Below, piece by piece: positions 23,178-33,873 of a stretch of DNA of 64,000 bases. This DNA is from an uncultured Gemmatimonadaceae bacterium (GTDB lineage Bacteria; Gemmatimonadota; Gemmatimonadetes; Gemmatimonadales; Gemmatimonadaceae): the NCBI GenBank assembly GCA_963716745.1, contig OY970320.1, forward strand, positions 576,001 through 640,000, in the 5' to 3' direction. Both the position numbers and the translations under genes were made by a program. Position 1 is the stretch's first letter; each line of letters begins with the position of its first letter. The notes beneath the pieces are model-generated. The model saw only the letters and a program-made list of their open reading frames with translations. It searched no databases and had not been told where the DNA came from.

Positions 23178-25304
23178 TATTTCTTGAGCCCGTCCAGCCA
23201 GTCGTGGAAGAGTGCCAGGTCGGCTTCCTGCGGACGCCCGCCGGCCGAGTCGGACTCGCGATCGCCGCCGCCGTTCCGGATCGCCGGCACCGCGCCGCTG
23301 TCGCGCGGCGAGAAGAACTCGTCGAACGAGACGTTGTCGCCGTGGCGCTTCTGCTCGACGGTCGCCTTCTGGCCGCGGAAGACATCGTCCAGCGAGAGCG
23401 GCTGCGAGGCCGCGCGCGACGGCTGTCCCGACGAGGGAGTCGTGATCGACGTCGCGTACTCTTCGTTGAAGGCACCCGCGAGCGCGGACGCCGCGCTGTC
23501 GTCGGCGGCGAGCGCACGCTCGTCGAAGAGCGCGGAGAGGCTCTCGGGAGTGCCAACGTCAGGATCGGGCGCCAGGCGCTCGGCGCCCGGCGCCGGAGGC
23601 GGCGACATCATCGGCGCTGCGGGTGTCGCCATCATCGTCGGCGGCGGCGGCGACATCGGCGCCGGTGTCGGCGCCGGTGTCGGCGCAAATACAGGTGCGG
23701 GTGCTGCGACCGCCTCGGCCGCCGGCGGCGTGGCGCCGGGCGCTTTGCGCGCGGCGAGCCCGCCGAAGAACGAGCGGATGCTCTGCGCCGGCTTCGACGC
23801 GCGATCGCGCGCGGCGGTGATCACTTCCTCCGAGATGTTCGCCGCGACCGATACGCTCGAGCGCGCACCTCTCTCGAGCCGCGAGATCCGCTCCTTGAGC
23901 GATGGATCCTCGGGGCGCATCGAGGCGAGCTGCCGATAAATGCGCAGCGCCTCGTCGGTGTAGCCTTGCTGCAGGTACAACTCGGCCATCGTCTCGGTCA
24001 TGAACGCCGCGGGGATATCGTTCCCGGAGTTCACCGAGAGATCGAGCATTCGTCCGATGGTCGGATCGTACGCCTCTTCCTGCGATTGCGCGCCGCTCAC
24101 CACCGCGGCATCGGTCACCGAGCCCCAGTTGTCGACCGTGACGCGCTGGTCCGGCGCGCGCGGCGGTGGAGCGGGCGGATTCCGCTGCGATCGGCGGCTC
24201 GGGCTGCGCCGGCACCGCTCGCGGCGTGCGGAAGCTCAGTGTATCGCGAAGCGACGGGATCTCCCCGTCGAACGGCGATTTCTCGGCGGGAACGGCGGGA
24301 CGGCTCGGCGGCGTATAGAGCGGCGGCTCTTCCTCTTCCGGCGCGCCCGGAAGCGCAGCGGCGGGCGACGGCGGCACATCGAGAATGAGATCCGGCGCCG
24401 ACGCGCGCGTCACCGGGGCAGCCTTGAACTCGCCCGTCATCGCGTCGAGGGGCGGGAGATCCGTCTCCGCCGGCGCGTAGGCGGCGATATCAGGAAGCGA
24501 CGGCCGCGGCGGCGGTGGAGGCGCGATCGGCGCTGAGAACTGCGCGAACTCCTCGAGACCGGTGATCTCGAGCGCCGGCGCGGGCACTGCTACTGGAGCG
24601 GGCGGCACCGCCGCTTCGAAGACCGGTGCCGGCGGTGGAGGCGGTGGCTCGATGGCCGGCGCTGCCGGCATCTCGGCCGGCGCGGCTTGCGGCGGCATGA
24701 ACGCTGCCGTGGTCTCCAGCTCGATCGGTTCGTGCGCGACCGGCGCCGCCGGAGGATCCTGCGACATGTCCTCCGGGATCATGCCGAGTGTCAAACGCGG
24801 AAGCGGCGGCAGTATTTGCGTCGGAGCAGCGGCCGGTCGTTCCGGATTGATGTCGCTCCACGAAACCGGCTCCGGCGCACCGCTCGGCACCGCCGGCGCC
24901 GACGGCGTGACCTCGAGCGCCTGCAGATGCGCGCGCACCTCATCGTTCTGCGGGTCCACCTCGAGCAGACGGTAGTACCAGCCGCGTGCGCCTTCCATGT
25001 CGCCGGAGAGGCGTGCGATGTCCCCGAGCTGACGCAGCGCGATCAGGTTCTCCGGGTCGAGTCCGATCGCCGCCTCGAACGTGGCACGCGCTTCGTCCAG
25101 CTGGCCGCTCTCGAAGAGCGCCTGGCCGAGCACAATGTAGCCGCTGATGTATGTGGGCTGCAGCGGCACCTGGGCGCGGCAGATCTGGATCGCCGAGTCG
25201 AGGTCCCCCTGCTTGCGATACTCGTTGGCCAGCCGCGCGAACACGCGCCGCGGGTTCTCGCCGTACTGCCGTATGAGGTCTTCGATCAGAGCGGACTCGG
25301 CCAT
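23177..25304 (-). CDS. TPR protein with a long Pro/Ala-rich linker (frameshift near 24150)
   Basis: N-terminal TPRs (FARLANEYRKQG, LGQALFESG) in ORF 23559..25325; TETMAELYLQQG TPR and C-terminal FHDWLDGLKK in ORF 23177..24118. Confidence 0.8.
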
Positions 25305-25402
25305 GCAAGCCCTCAGGGTTGCCACCCCAGCAGGGTGGCAGGAGAGAGTCGGGAAAGTACATGTATCTGACGATTCAAGTCAATCGGAAGTCATACGCTG
25401 TC

Positions 25403-25432
25403 TTGATTTTACGAGACCCGGGCGGCTAGATT
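25403..25432 (+). promoter_or_regulatory. Possible sigma70 promoter for the PpiD-like gene
   Basis: TTGATT, 18 bp, TAGATT in the AT-richer divergent intergenic region. Confidence 0.35.
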
Positions 25433-25491
25433 CTCCGGCTCGCGCAAATCGCGCCTTACCCACCCTTTCGTTCCGTCAGGAGTCACGCCCC

Positions 25492-27316
25492 ATGCTGCAA
25501 GGGATGCGAGCTTCCGCCAAGTACATTTGGTGGTTCGTCGCCGCAACGTTCCTCATCGGCTTCGTCTTCGTCCAGCAGTCCGGGCTCGGCGACCGGCTGG
25601 TGACCGCCGGCACGACGGTCGCGAAGGTCAACGGCACCGCGATCACCTACGATCAGTATGAGCGCGCCGTCGCCCAGCGTTCGGAGGCTGAGGAGCGCAA
25701 CGGACGGACGCTCAACGCCGACGACCGGCGCATGATCGAGGAGCGCGTTTACAACGAGATGGTGAACGACGCGCTCCTGCAGCAGGAGTACGCGAAGCGC
25801 GGGATCACAGTCACGGAAGCCGAGATCCAGCAGGCGGCCGTGGAGCAGCCCTACCCGCCGCTCGCCCGCGCCCCGGAATTCCAGACGGATGGGCAGTTCG
25901 ACCGCGACAAGTACCAGCGCTATCTCACGAGCCCGGCCGCGAAGCAGCAGGGCATCCTGGTCATGCTGGACGATTACTACCGGCAGGGACTGCTCAAGTC
26001 GAAGCTCTTCGAGCAGTTGGCCACGAGCGTGTACGTGACCGACGCGCAGCTGTGGCGGTTGTACCGCGATGCGCACGACTCCGCGCGCGTCACGTACGTC
26101 TCGATCCCGGCTCTGACGATCCCCGACAGCGCCGTGAGAGTCTCGGACGCCGAGATCGCCGCCTACTTCGAGAAGCACAAGAAGGAACTGACCGATCTGC
26201 CGGGCCACGCCGTGATCTCGGTCGCGCGCTTGCCGCGCACTCATCACCTCGGCGGACAGCGCGACCGCGCGCAACAAAGCGTTGGCGCTGCGTGCCGAGA
26301 TCGTGAGAGGCGCCAAGTTCGCCGATGTGGCGCGCCGTGAGTCCGCCGACACAGCGAGCGCGTCGCAGGGTGGCGTACTGCCCAAGGCCGGCCGCTCGAC
26401 GTACGTGAAGCCGTTCGCGGATGCCGTCTATTCGCTCAGAGTCGGGGAGATCTCGCAGCCCGTCCTCACTCCGTTCGGATATCATATCATCCGCCTCGAA
26501 TCGCGTCAGGGCGATTCGGTGACCGTGGCGCACATCCTCGTGCGCATCCAGCAGGGTGATTCGGCCGCCACGGCCACCGACCGTCGCGCGGACCAGCTCG
26601 CGAAGGCGGGCGGCGCGGCCAAGGCGTCGATGTTCGACAGCGCCGCGAAGGCCCTCATGTTGGCGACGCGCACGATATCGGTGCAGGAAGGCGTGACCGC
26701 CTCGTTCGACGGCAGCGCCGTGCCGGGCGCCACCGCGTGGGCGTTCTCCGGCGCGAAGCCCGGCGAGATCGGCGAGCTCATCGATTCCGATGACGCCTAC
26801 TTCCTCGTGCGGCTCGACTCCCTCTCGCCGGGCGGCAAGGCGACGGTCGAAGCCCTCAAGACCGAGATCCATGCGCTGCTCGCGCGCGAGAAGAAGCTCG
26901 ATCTGATCATGCCGAAGGCGCAGCAGATCGCCACGGCGAGCAAGGGCTCGACACTCGAAGCGGCCGCGATCCCGGCGGGTTACGCCACGATCGTGAGTCC
27001 ATCCTTCGCGCGCACGAGCCAAGTCGTAGGCCTCGGCGTCGGGAACGCCGCCATCGGCGCAGCATTCGGCCTGCCGCTCAAGGAAGTCGGCGAGCCGGTC
27101 AAGGCGACCACCACGGTGATCGTGGAGCGCGTGGATGTGCGCACGCTGGCGGACAGCGCGGACTTCGAGAAGAACAAGGTGCAGCAGCGTCTGCAGGCGC
27201 AGCAGCGGATCCGCGAGCAGGCGGTGCAGCAATACGTGCAGAACCTGCGCGAGAACGCGAGCATCACCGACAAGCGGAAGGACATTCAGGCGGCGCAGCG
27301 CCAGCCCGCGAGCTGA
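25492..27316 (+). CDS. SurA N-terminal domain / parvulin PPIase (PpiD-like) chaperone (frameshift near 26245)
   Basis: N-terminal TM anchor, AKVNG.IT, SurA_N-like helices; then FADVARRESAD, GEISQPVLTPFGYHII. Confidence 0.85.
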
Positions 27317-27330
27317 TCGCACGCCCGAAC

Positions 27331-27374
27331 GCAGAACGCCCCCCGGCGGCCTTGGCCGACGGGGGGCGTTCTGC
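27331..27374. terminator. Strong hairpin between convergent genes (likely bidirectional terminator)
   Basis: GCAGAACGCCCCCCG...CGGGGGGCGTTCTGC inverted repeat. Confidence 0.7.
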
Positions 27375-27394
27375 ATCCGGGACTCAGCGCGCCG

Positions 27395-27649
27395 CTACAC
27401 CAGGCGCTTCGGCTCGGTGCGCGCGTCGTCCGCTGCGCGCGAGCTGGTCGTCTGATCGGTCGAGCGCAGCCGGTCGCGCTCGGGCGGCGACGCGACATCG
27501 GTGTTCCCGATGTCGTTCATGTTCTTCTTGAATTCCTTGATCCCCTTGCCGAACGAGCCCGCGATCTCCGGGATCCGCTTGGCTCCGAAGAGCAGCAGGA
27601 TCACCAGCAGGATGAGCATGATCTCGCTGAAGCCTAGATTGCCGAACAT
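27395..27649 (-). CDS. tatA: Twin-arginine translocase TatA/TatE
   Basis: EIMLILLVILLLFGAKRIPEIAGSFGKGIKEFKK. Confidence 0.95.
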   Translation of the reverse strand: MFGNLGFSEIMLILLVILLLFGAKRIPEIAGSFGKGIKEFKKNMNDIGNTDVASPPERDRLRSTDQTTSSRAADDARTEPKRLV

Positions 27650-27659
27650 GTAGTGCTCC

Positions 27660-27908
27660 TCAGAAGAGAGATCGGGCGATCAGGTAGGCGACGATCACGC
27701 CGACGACGCTCAGCAGGGATACGTCGATCGCGAGGGGACCGACCGCGAAATTGATGATACCTAGATTAACAGTAATGGCTCCGAGCTGGGGCGTCACCCC
27801 CATGGTCAGGAACTCCTTCACGGCGCCCACCGGCAGGAACTGCCGGCCGAGCACCTGGAGCAGCCACCCGACGATGAACCCACTGCCGAGCACGCCGACA
27901 TAGAACAT
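27660..27908 (-). CDS. Small membrane protein (DUF4321-like); start may extend to about 27948 across an indel
   Basis: Two hydrophobic segments with INLG-type motif (VNLGIINFAVG...SLLSVVG). Confidence 0.65.
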   Translation of the reverse strand: MFYVGVLGSGFIVGWLLQVLGRQFLPVGAVKEFLTMGVTPQLGAITVNLGIINFAVGPLAIDVSLLSVVGVIVAYLIARSLF

Positions 27909-27944
27909 CGGGCGGTGCCTGCGCGATGCCGCGCGTGGGAGCGA

Positions 27945-28949
27945 TCATTGCGACCGGTCCAGCGCGTAGGCGATCGCATCGCGCAGCGAGGCGGCGGCCG
28001 CGGTGTCGGGCAGGCCGGCCAGCGCCGACTCGGCCGCCCGCGCGTATTCGAGCCCGCGCTCGCGCGCGTAGTCCAACCCGCCGCGATCGGACACGATCTC
28101 GATCACGCGCGCGATCTGCGCATCGTCGGGCTCCGCCGTGTCGAACAGCGTGTCCACCTCGTGGCGCGCCGCGGCGCCGAGCCCGCGCAGCGCGTGGATG
28201 AGCGGGAGCGTCACCTTGTGCTCGCGCAGATCGAGTCCGCACGGCTTGCCGGTCACCGATTCGTCGGACGTGTAGTCGAGCAGGTCGTCCGCCACCTGGA
28301 ACGCCATGCCGAGTTGCTCGCCATAGCGCGCGAGCGCCGCGCGGTGCTCCTGCGCGCCGGCGAGCGCGCCGATCGCGCACGCGGCCGAGAGGAGCGATGC
28401 GGTCTTCGCGCGGATCAGGTCCTCGTAATCCTCCTCGGAGAATCCGAGCGCGTCGAGCGACGTGAGCTGGCGCATCTCGCCCACGGTCATCGCATTGGTC
28501 GCGTCCGCGAGCACGCCGAGCACTTCGAGATCCCCGTTGCGCACGAGCTCCACGACCGCGCGGGAATACAGGAAATCGCCCATGATCACCGACACCTGGT
28601 GACTGAAGAGCGAATTGATCGTGGGCATGCCGCGCCGCAGCGCCGAGTGATCGACGGAGTCGTCGTGCACCAGCGTCGCGAGATGCACGAGCTCCACCAC
28701 GGCGGCGAGCGTCACGGCGCGCGGCTCGGGCCGTCCCGCCGCGGCGCTCGCGAGCAGCGTGAGCGTGGGGCGGAACATCTTGCCCTTCATGAGCAGCAGA
28801 TGCCCGTTCACTTCGTCGATGAGCGGGAATTCCGCGGCGACGATCCGGTGCAACTCCTGCGCGACCAACTCGAGACGGTCGCGCACGGGCGCCTGGATGT
28901 CGCTCAGCGCCGGCGTGAGCGGCGAGCGCGCGGAGAGGGCCGACGTCAC
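27945..28949 (-). CDS. Polyprenyl diphosphate synthase (IspB/HepT-like)
   Basis: GKMFRP, LVHDDSVD, RRG, MGDFL, KTA, FQVADDLLD. Confidence 0.95.
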   Translation of the reverse strand: MTSALSARSPLTPALSDIQAPVRDRLELVAQELHRIVAAEFPLIDEVNGHLLLMKGKMFRPTLTLLASAAAGRPEPRAVTLAAVVELVHLATLVHDDSVDHSALRRGMPTINSLFSHQVSVIMGDFLYSRAVVELVRNGDLEVLGVLADATNAMTVGEMRQLTSLDALGFSEEDYEDLIRAKTASLLSAACAIGALAGAQEHRAALARYGEQLGMAFQVADDLLDYTSDESVTGKPCGLDLREHKVTLPLIHALRGLGAAARHEVDTLFDTAEPDDAQIARVIEIVSDRGGLDYARERGLEYARAAESALAGLPDTAAAASLRDAIAYALDRSQ

Positions 28950-31552
28950 CGCGATTTGCGCTCCGTGGCGGCGAGCCGCTCGCCGATATCGCGGAACTGG
29001 ATGTCCTGCGCGAATACCCGCTCGTAGTACTTGAGCGCCTCGTCCATCTGCCCGAGCGACTCCGACGCGTAGCCGAGCAGGTAGAGCACGCCGACGAGCG
29101 TGTCGTCGGGCGTGTTCTTGTCGGTGAGCGCGCGCGCGAGGATCGTGAGCGCGATCTGGTACTGGCGCTTCTCCACGAAGCATTGGCCGAGCGCTTCGTA
29201 CGTGCGCACGCGCTGTTCGGTGCCGCGCAGCGCCTTCTGGAATTCCGAGATCGCTTCGTCGAGCAGCCCCATCTCCTTGTACGCGACGCCGAGATCGTAG
29301 TGGCTCTCGTGATCGGTGTCCTCGACGTTCGCGGCCACGCCCTGCTTGAACATCGTGAGCATCTCGGCGAAGCCGACCTGCTCGCTCGGGGTCTCCGTGT
29401 TCGAGGAGACGATCCGCGTGCTCTTCTCCGTCTCATCATCGCGCAGCCAGTCGGAGAGGTTCACGAAGCTCTCGCGGCGCGGCGTCGACGGGCGCTTGAC
29501 GGTTTCCGACGGCGGTGGCGTGACCGAGCGCGACGGCGGCGGCGTGACCGAGCGCGACGGCGGCGGCGTGACCGTGCGCGACGGCGCCGGCGTGGGATCG
29601 GACTTGCGGCGCGATGCGGGCGGCGCTGCGGGCGCGGCCGGCGCGGCCGGCGCGGCCGGCGGCGCAGGGGACGCGCCATTGCTGATCACGGGCTCCTGCG
29701 ACGCGGCATCCGCCGCCACCGCGGCGGCGGCGGCTTCCTGGATCTTCGCCTTCGACATCTCGCGCGTGCCGAACGCCTCGCGCATCGCCGACTGCGCGCG
29801 CAGATCGTCGGGTGCCAATTCGAGCACGCGTCCGTACACCGCCTTGGACTTGTCGAGCTGGCCGCTGCGGAAGAGACACTCGGCGAGCGCGAGATACGCA
29901 TCCACCAGGCGCGGCCGGTCGTTCGACCGCACGGCGTACTCCACGCGCTTCTGGTGGTAATGGACGGAGTTCGGATCGACGCGCAGGAGTTCCTCGGCCA
30001 CGCTGCTGGCGCCCGCGAACTCGCCCGCGCGCTCGAGGCCGCCCATCGCGTCCTCGAGCGCCTTGAGACCGGCGGCGCGCTCGCCATTCTCGAGCAGCGC
30101 CTCGCCGAGTTCGCGGCGCAGCGACCAATTCTCGGGCTCGTGCAGCACGCGCTCGCGCAATTCGTCCACCGCGTTGCCGATGCCCTGCGCGAACGCCGCA
30201 TCGATCACCGAGACGCCATCTTCCTCGAGCCCCTTGAGATCCGGCAGCAGGGCGGGCGTCGAGCGGCGGGGCTTCGCCTTGGGATCGGTGACGGGCTCGG
30301 ATCTCCGCGGCGGCGTCTCCGCCTTCGGCGGCGCGGCGGCGACCGGCGGCGGCTCCTTCTTGGCGGCCGGCGGGGCGGCCTTCTCCGGCTCAGGCGCCTT
30401 CGGCTTCTCCGCTTTCTTCACCGGCTCGGGCGGGAGCGGCGACGGATCGTCGGGCATGATGAGATTCAAGCCGCTCGTCGCGCGCTCCAGCATGCCCGTG
30501 TCGAACTTGGGCGGCTCGTGCGTCAAGTCCGGAACGCCGACGTCCTCGGGCAGATCGAGCATCGGCAGCTCGACGTCCATGTCGGCGCTCTCGTCCGCGG
30601 CCTTCTCGTCCAGATCGGCCGGCGGCCGCACGGACTCGAGGAAGCCGGTGATCAGGCCGGCGTCCACGTGGCTGACGATCTCACTGTCGCCGTCATCTTT
30701 GGCGACGCCGAGATCGGCACCACGCGTGAGGCCTTCGATCGCGTCGGCGGCCGCGGCCGCGGCAGCGCCATCGATGAGCGGGAGATCGTTGTCGAGCACG
30801 ATCTCGCTGACCGTGGGCTCCGGTTCCGGCGCGCGCGGCGATGTGCCCTTCTTCGCCGGACTATTCGAGTCGTAGTCGACGTCGAGGAAGATCAGGTCGT
30901 TCGCGCGCGGCGTCGCCTTCGTCGCGCCGGCGGTGGGCTCGAGCGTGCCGTCGATGGCCTTCATGCGGTCCACCGTCGCGCGCGCTTCCTTCGTGCGCCC
31001 CTCGGCGGTGAACTTGTTGTAGAGCGTCTGCAGCTGCTCGATCGCTTCCGACTTGCGGTCCTTCTTCACGAGCTGGTCGGCGAGCATGAGGCGGATGTCG
31101 TCGAGCCCGGGACAGAGATCGGCGAGCTCCTTCAGCGCGCGGAACGCCTCCTCGAGATTGCCGGCGCGCTGCATGCGGTCGGCGTACTCGACGAAATTCT
31201 GCTTCGCGTCGTTGATGAATCCCTTCTGCGCGCTGATCTTGCCGAGCTTGTAGTAGACCGTGTTCCGGCCAGGCGCGTTGCGCAGGATCTTGTTGCAGAG
31301 CGCGATCGCGTTGTTGAGGAACCCGCCGTCGATGTAGAGATCGACGGCCTTCTCGTAATGGTCCACCGCGTCGCTGACGTCGCCTTTGCGCAGCAGCAGA
31401 TCGCCGACGCGATTGTACAGCGCGACGTCGGCCTCGTCGATGTGCTCGTCCAGTTCCGCGAGGACGAGCGCATACGTCTCGAGTGCCTTGTCGAATTTCT
31501 TCTGCTGCTCGTATTCGAGCGCCCGTTTCTTCAGCTTTGCGACGTTGGACAT
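28946..31552 (-). CDS. Large TPR protein (868 aa), SgmX-like architecture
   Basis: Three TPR clusters separated by acidic and Pro-rich linkers; C-terminal SHYDLGVAYKEMGLLDEAISEFQKA. Confidence 0.85.
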   Translation of the reverse strand: MSNVAKLKKRALEYEQQKKFDKALETYALVLAELDEHIDEADVALYNRVGDLLLRKGDVSDAVDHYEKAVDLYIDGGFLNNAIALCNKILRNAPGRNTVYYKLGKISAQKGFINDAKQNFVEYADRMQRAGNLEEAFRALKELADLCPGLDDIRLMLADQLVKKDRKSEAIEQLQTLYNKFTAEGRTKEARATVDRMKAIDGTLEPTAGATKATPRANDLIFLDVDYDSNSPAKKGTSPRAPEPEPTVSEIVLDNDLPLIDGAAAAAAADAIEGLTRGADLGVAKDDGDSEIVSHVDAGLITGFLESVRPPADLDEKAADESADMDVELPMLDLPEDVGVPDLTHEPPKFDTGMLERATSGLNLIMPDDPSPLPPEPVKKAEKPKAPEPEKAAPPAAKKEPPPVAAAPPKAETPPRRSEPVTDPKAKPRRSTPALLPDLKGLEEDGVSVIDAAFAQGIGNAVDELRERVLHEPENWSLRRELGEALLENGERAAGLKALEDAMGGLERAGEFAGASSVAEELLRVDPNSVHYHQKRVEYAVRSNDRPRLVDAYLALAECLFRSGQLDKSKAVYGRVLELAPDDLRAQSAMREAFGTREMSKAKIQEAAAAAVAADAASQEPVISNGASPAPPAAPAAPAAPAAPPASRRKSDPTPAPSRTVTPPPSRSVTPPPSRSVTPPPSETVKRPSTPRRESFVNLSDWLRDDETEKSTRIVSSNTETPSEQVGFAEMLTMFKQGVAANVEDTDHESHYDLGVAYKEMGLLDEAISEFQKALRGTEQRVRTYEALGQCFVEKRQYQIALTILARALTDKNTPDDTLVGVLYLLGYASESLGQMDEALKYYERVFAQDIQFRDIGERLAATERKSR
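29507..29586. repeat. Intragenic 24-bp tandem repeat, about 3.3 copies, encoding SR(S/T)VTPPP
   Basis: CGACGGCGGYGGCGTGACCGWGCG units at 29507, 29531 and 29555. Confidence 0.85.
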
Positions 31553-31615
31553 CAGCGCCTGATGTGCTCCCGGGGCAGAACGAGGCGACTTCGCGCGAGG
31601 GACGCGAAGGAATTC

Positions 31616-32894
31616 CTAAGTTAGGCCTAAGCCATAGGGGTGACAAGGCTTGCCGCGACTCCACGTACCCATACAACGACGGTCACCGTACCAGTACGGC
31701 AACTCGCGGATATCCTCGATCGTCGAAGAGGGCGAGATCGGCCGAAAAACCGGGCGCGAGCTGCCCCACGTGGTCGGCCAGCGCGAGCGCCGCGGCGCCG
31801 TTCACCGTGGCGGCGAGCAGCGCTTCGGCGACGCTCATGTGGAGCTCGCTCACCCCGAGCGTGAGGATGAGCGGGAGGTTCACCGTGGGCGAAGTGCCCG
31901 GATTAAAATCGGAGGCGAGCGCGACGGCGGCGCCGCCGTCGATCAGCGCCCGCGCGGGCGGGCGCGTCCCCTTCCCCAGGAAGAGCATCGTGCCGGGAAG
32001 CAGCGTCGCGACGGTGCCGGCATACTCGAGCGCGGCGATCCCCACGGGTGAGATCGCGGCGAGATGGTCCGCGCTCACGGCGCCCAACTCGGCGGCGAGC
32101 TCCGCGCCGCCGGACGGCTTGAGTTCGTCGGCGTGCAGCTTGAGCTCGAGCCCGTGCGCACGGCTCGCGGCCAGGATCGTGCGCGTCTCCTCCACGGTGA
32201 ACACGCCGGGCTCGCAGAAGACATCGGCGAACTTGGCCAGCTTCGCCGTGGTGACGGCCGGGAGCATCTCCTGGGTGAGGAGATCGATGTACGCGGCGCG
32301 CGACGCCGCGCTGCCGCGCGCTTCGAGCGGGATCTCGTGCGCGCCGAGCCATGTGGGGACGATCCGCATCGGCAGCTCCTGCGCGAGACGCGCGATCGCG
32401 CGGAGCATCTTGAGCTCGTCCGCCACGGTGAGTCCGTAGCCGGATTTCACTTCCACCGTGGTGGTGCCGTACGACGCCAGGCGCTCGAGACGTGCGCGGG
32501 CGAGCGCGACGAGCTCATCCTCGCCGCGCTGCCGCAGATCGCGCACCGATGCGTGGATCCCGCCACCGCGCGCCGCGATCTCCATGTAGCCGAGCCCGGC
32601 GGCGCGCATCTCGTGCTCATCGGAGCGCGGCCGTCCGAAGATCGCGTGCGTATGCGAGTCGACGAGTCCCGGCGTGAGCACGCCGCGCGCGCAGTCGATG
32701 CGCGCCGCATCCGGATACGACCGCTCGAGCGTCTCGCGGTCGCCCACCGCCGCGATGCGGTCGTCCTGCATCGCGACGGCCGCGCTCGTGAGCACGGTCG
32801 CGTCCTGCATCTCGGCGCCGCGCCGCGCACGCGGCGGTCCGTTGCACGTGACCACCTGCGACGCGTTCACGAAGAGCGTCGTGCGCGCGCTCAT
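31616..32894 (-). CDS. hutI: Imidazolonepropionase (frameshift near 31720; true C-terminus likely IEDIRELPYWYG...)
   Basis: PGLVDSHTH, GGGI, EVKSGYGL, GAH, DVFCE, HADE, DHL, SDFNPG. Confidence 0.95.
31618..31646 (-). promoter_or_regulatory. Possible sigma70 promoter for the large TPR gene, inside the 3' end of hutI
   Basis: Minus strand TTGTCA (31646-31641), 17 bp, TAACTT (31623-31618). Confidence 0.45.
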
Positions 32895-33862
32895 GCCATC
32901 ACGTCGCGCACGCGCGAGATCGTGAGCGGCGCCTGCGCCTCGCCGCGGCACGCGTAGTAGCACGCGTTGCAGTCGATCGGCGCGTAACGGCGGAACTCGG
33001 TCCAGTGGAAATCGGGCGGAAAATCGGGGCAGCGCCGCACGTTGCCCACGGGATCGATGTGGATCGTGCGCATACCCGAGCGGCACGGCTCCTGCGCGTC
33101 GCCGCGGAACCAGCGCGCCACCTCTCGCAGATAATCGTCGGAGTTCACGATCACGCCGCGCCGCCGGCGCTTGTAGGCGAGCAACTGGGCGATCGTGTCG
33201 TCCACCTCGGCGGTCTGCTCGGCGCGCGGACGGTGCGCCTCGTTGCCGTTCTTGAATCCCGTGTAGGCGCTGAAGCTGACGCCCGCGCCCAGCTCGGCGG
33301 CGCGGTGCACGATCGGCAGCAGCTGGTCGAGATTCGAATTCTTGATCACCGTGTTGAACCGGATCCCGTCGATGCCGGCCTCACGCATGCGCGGCACGAC
33401 GGCCAGCACGCGCGCGGCGAGGCCCGGGATGCCGCGCGCGGCATCGTGGCGCTCATCCAAGAAATCGAGCGAGATGTTGAATTGATTGATGCCGGCGTCC
33501 CACAACGACTGCGCGCGTTCGAGCGAGAGCGAGCCGCCGTGCGTGATGATGGTGATGTACTTCAACCGAACGGCACCTGCGACCGTGGCAACTATGGATT
33601 CTAGGTCGCGGCGTAACAACGGTTCGCCGCCCGTGAAGGTGATCATGAGCGGGTTGAAATAACGGGCGGCGTCGGCGAAGCTCTTGAGCTCGGTGTCGCG
33701 CGCGGACGGATCGGTCTTCCAGTAGTCGCAGAAATCGCAGCGCGCGTTGCATCGCATCGTGACTTCGAAATGCACGAGCATCGGCGTGCCACGCACGTGG
33801 TGCCATGCGTACTTGCCGGCGAACAGCGGAACGTGCCACGGGCGGAAGCGCGCCGACAACAC
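32891..33862 (-). CDS. Radical SAM protein with C-terminal SPASM/twitch-like cysteines
   Basis: CNARCDFC, TGGEPLLR, ISLD, HDAARG; CRSG...IDPVGNVRRC...CNACYYAC. Confidence 0.9.
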   Translation of the reverse strand: MLSARFRPWHVPLFAGKYAWHHVRGTPMLVHFEVTMRCNARCDFCDYWKTDPSARDTELKSFADAARYFNPLMITFTGGEPLLRRDLESIVATVAGAVRLKYITIITHGGSLSLERAQSLWDAGINQFNISLDFLDERHDAARGIPGLAARVLAVVPRMREAGIDGIRFNTVIKNSNLDQLLPIVHRAAELGAGVSFSAYTGFKNGNEAHRPRAEQTAEVDDTIAQLLAYKRRRRGVIVNSDDYLREVARWFRGDAQEPCRSGMRTIHIDPVGNVRRCPDFPPDFHWTEFRRYAPIDCNACYYACRGEAQAPLTISRVRDVMA

Positions 33863-33873
33863 CGGTCAGCCTC

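Noticed and set aside
27331..27374. Hairpin as a member of the dispersed palindrome families
   Set aside because: No shared sequence or periodicity; its position between convergent genes fits an ordinary terminator
31610..31640. Short overlapping palindromes CCTAAGTTAGG and TTAGGCCTAA as an operator
   Set aside because: Too short to support alone and no second occurrence seen; recorded only as part of the putative promoter
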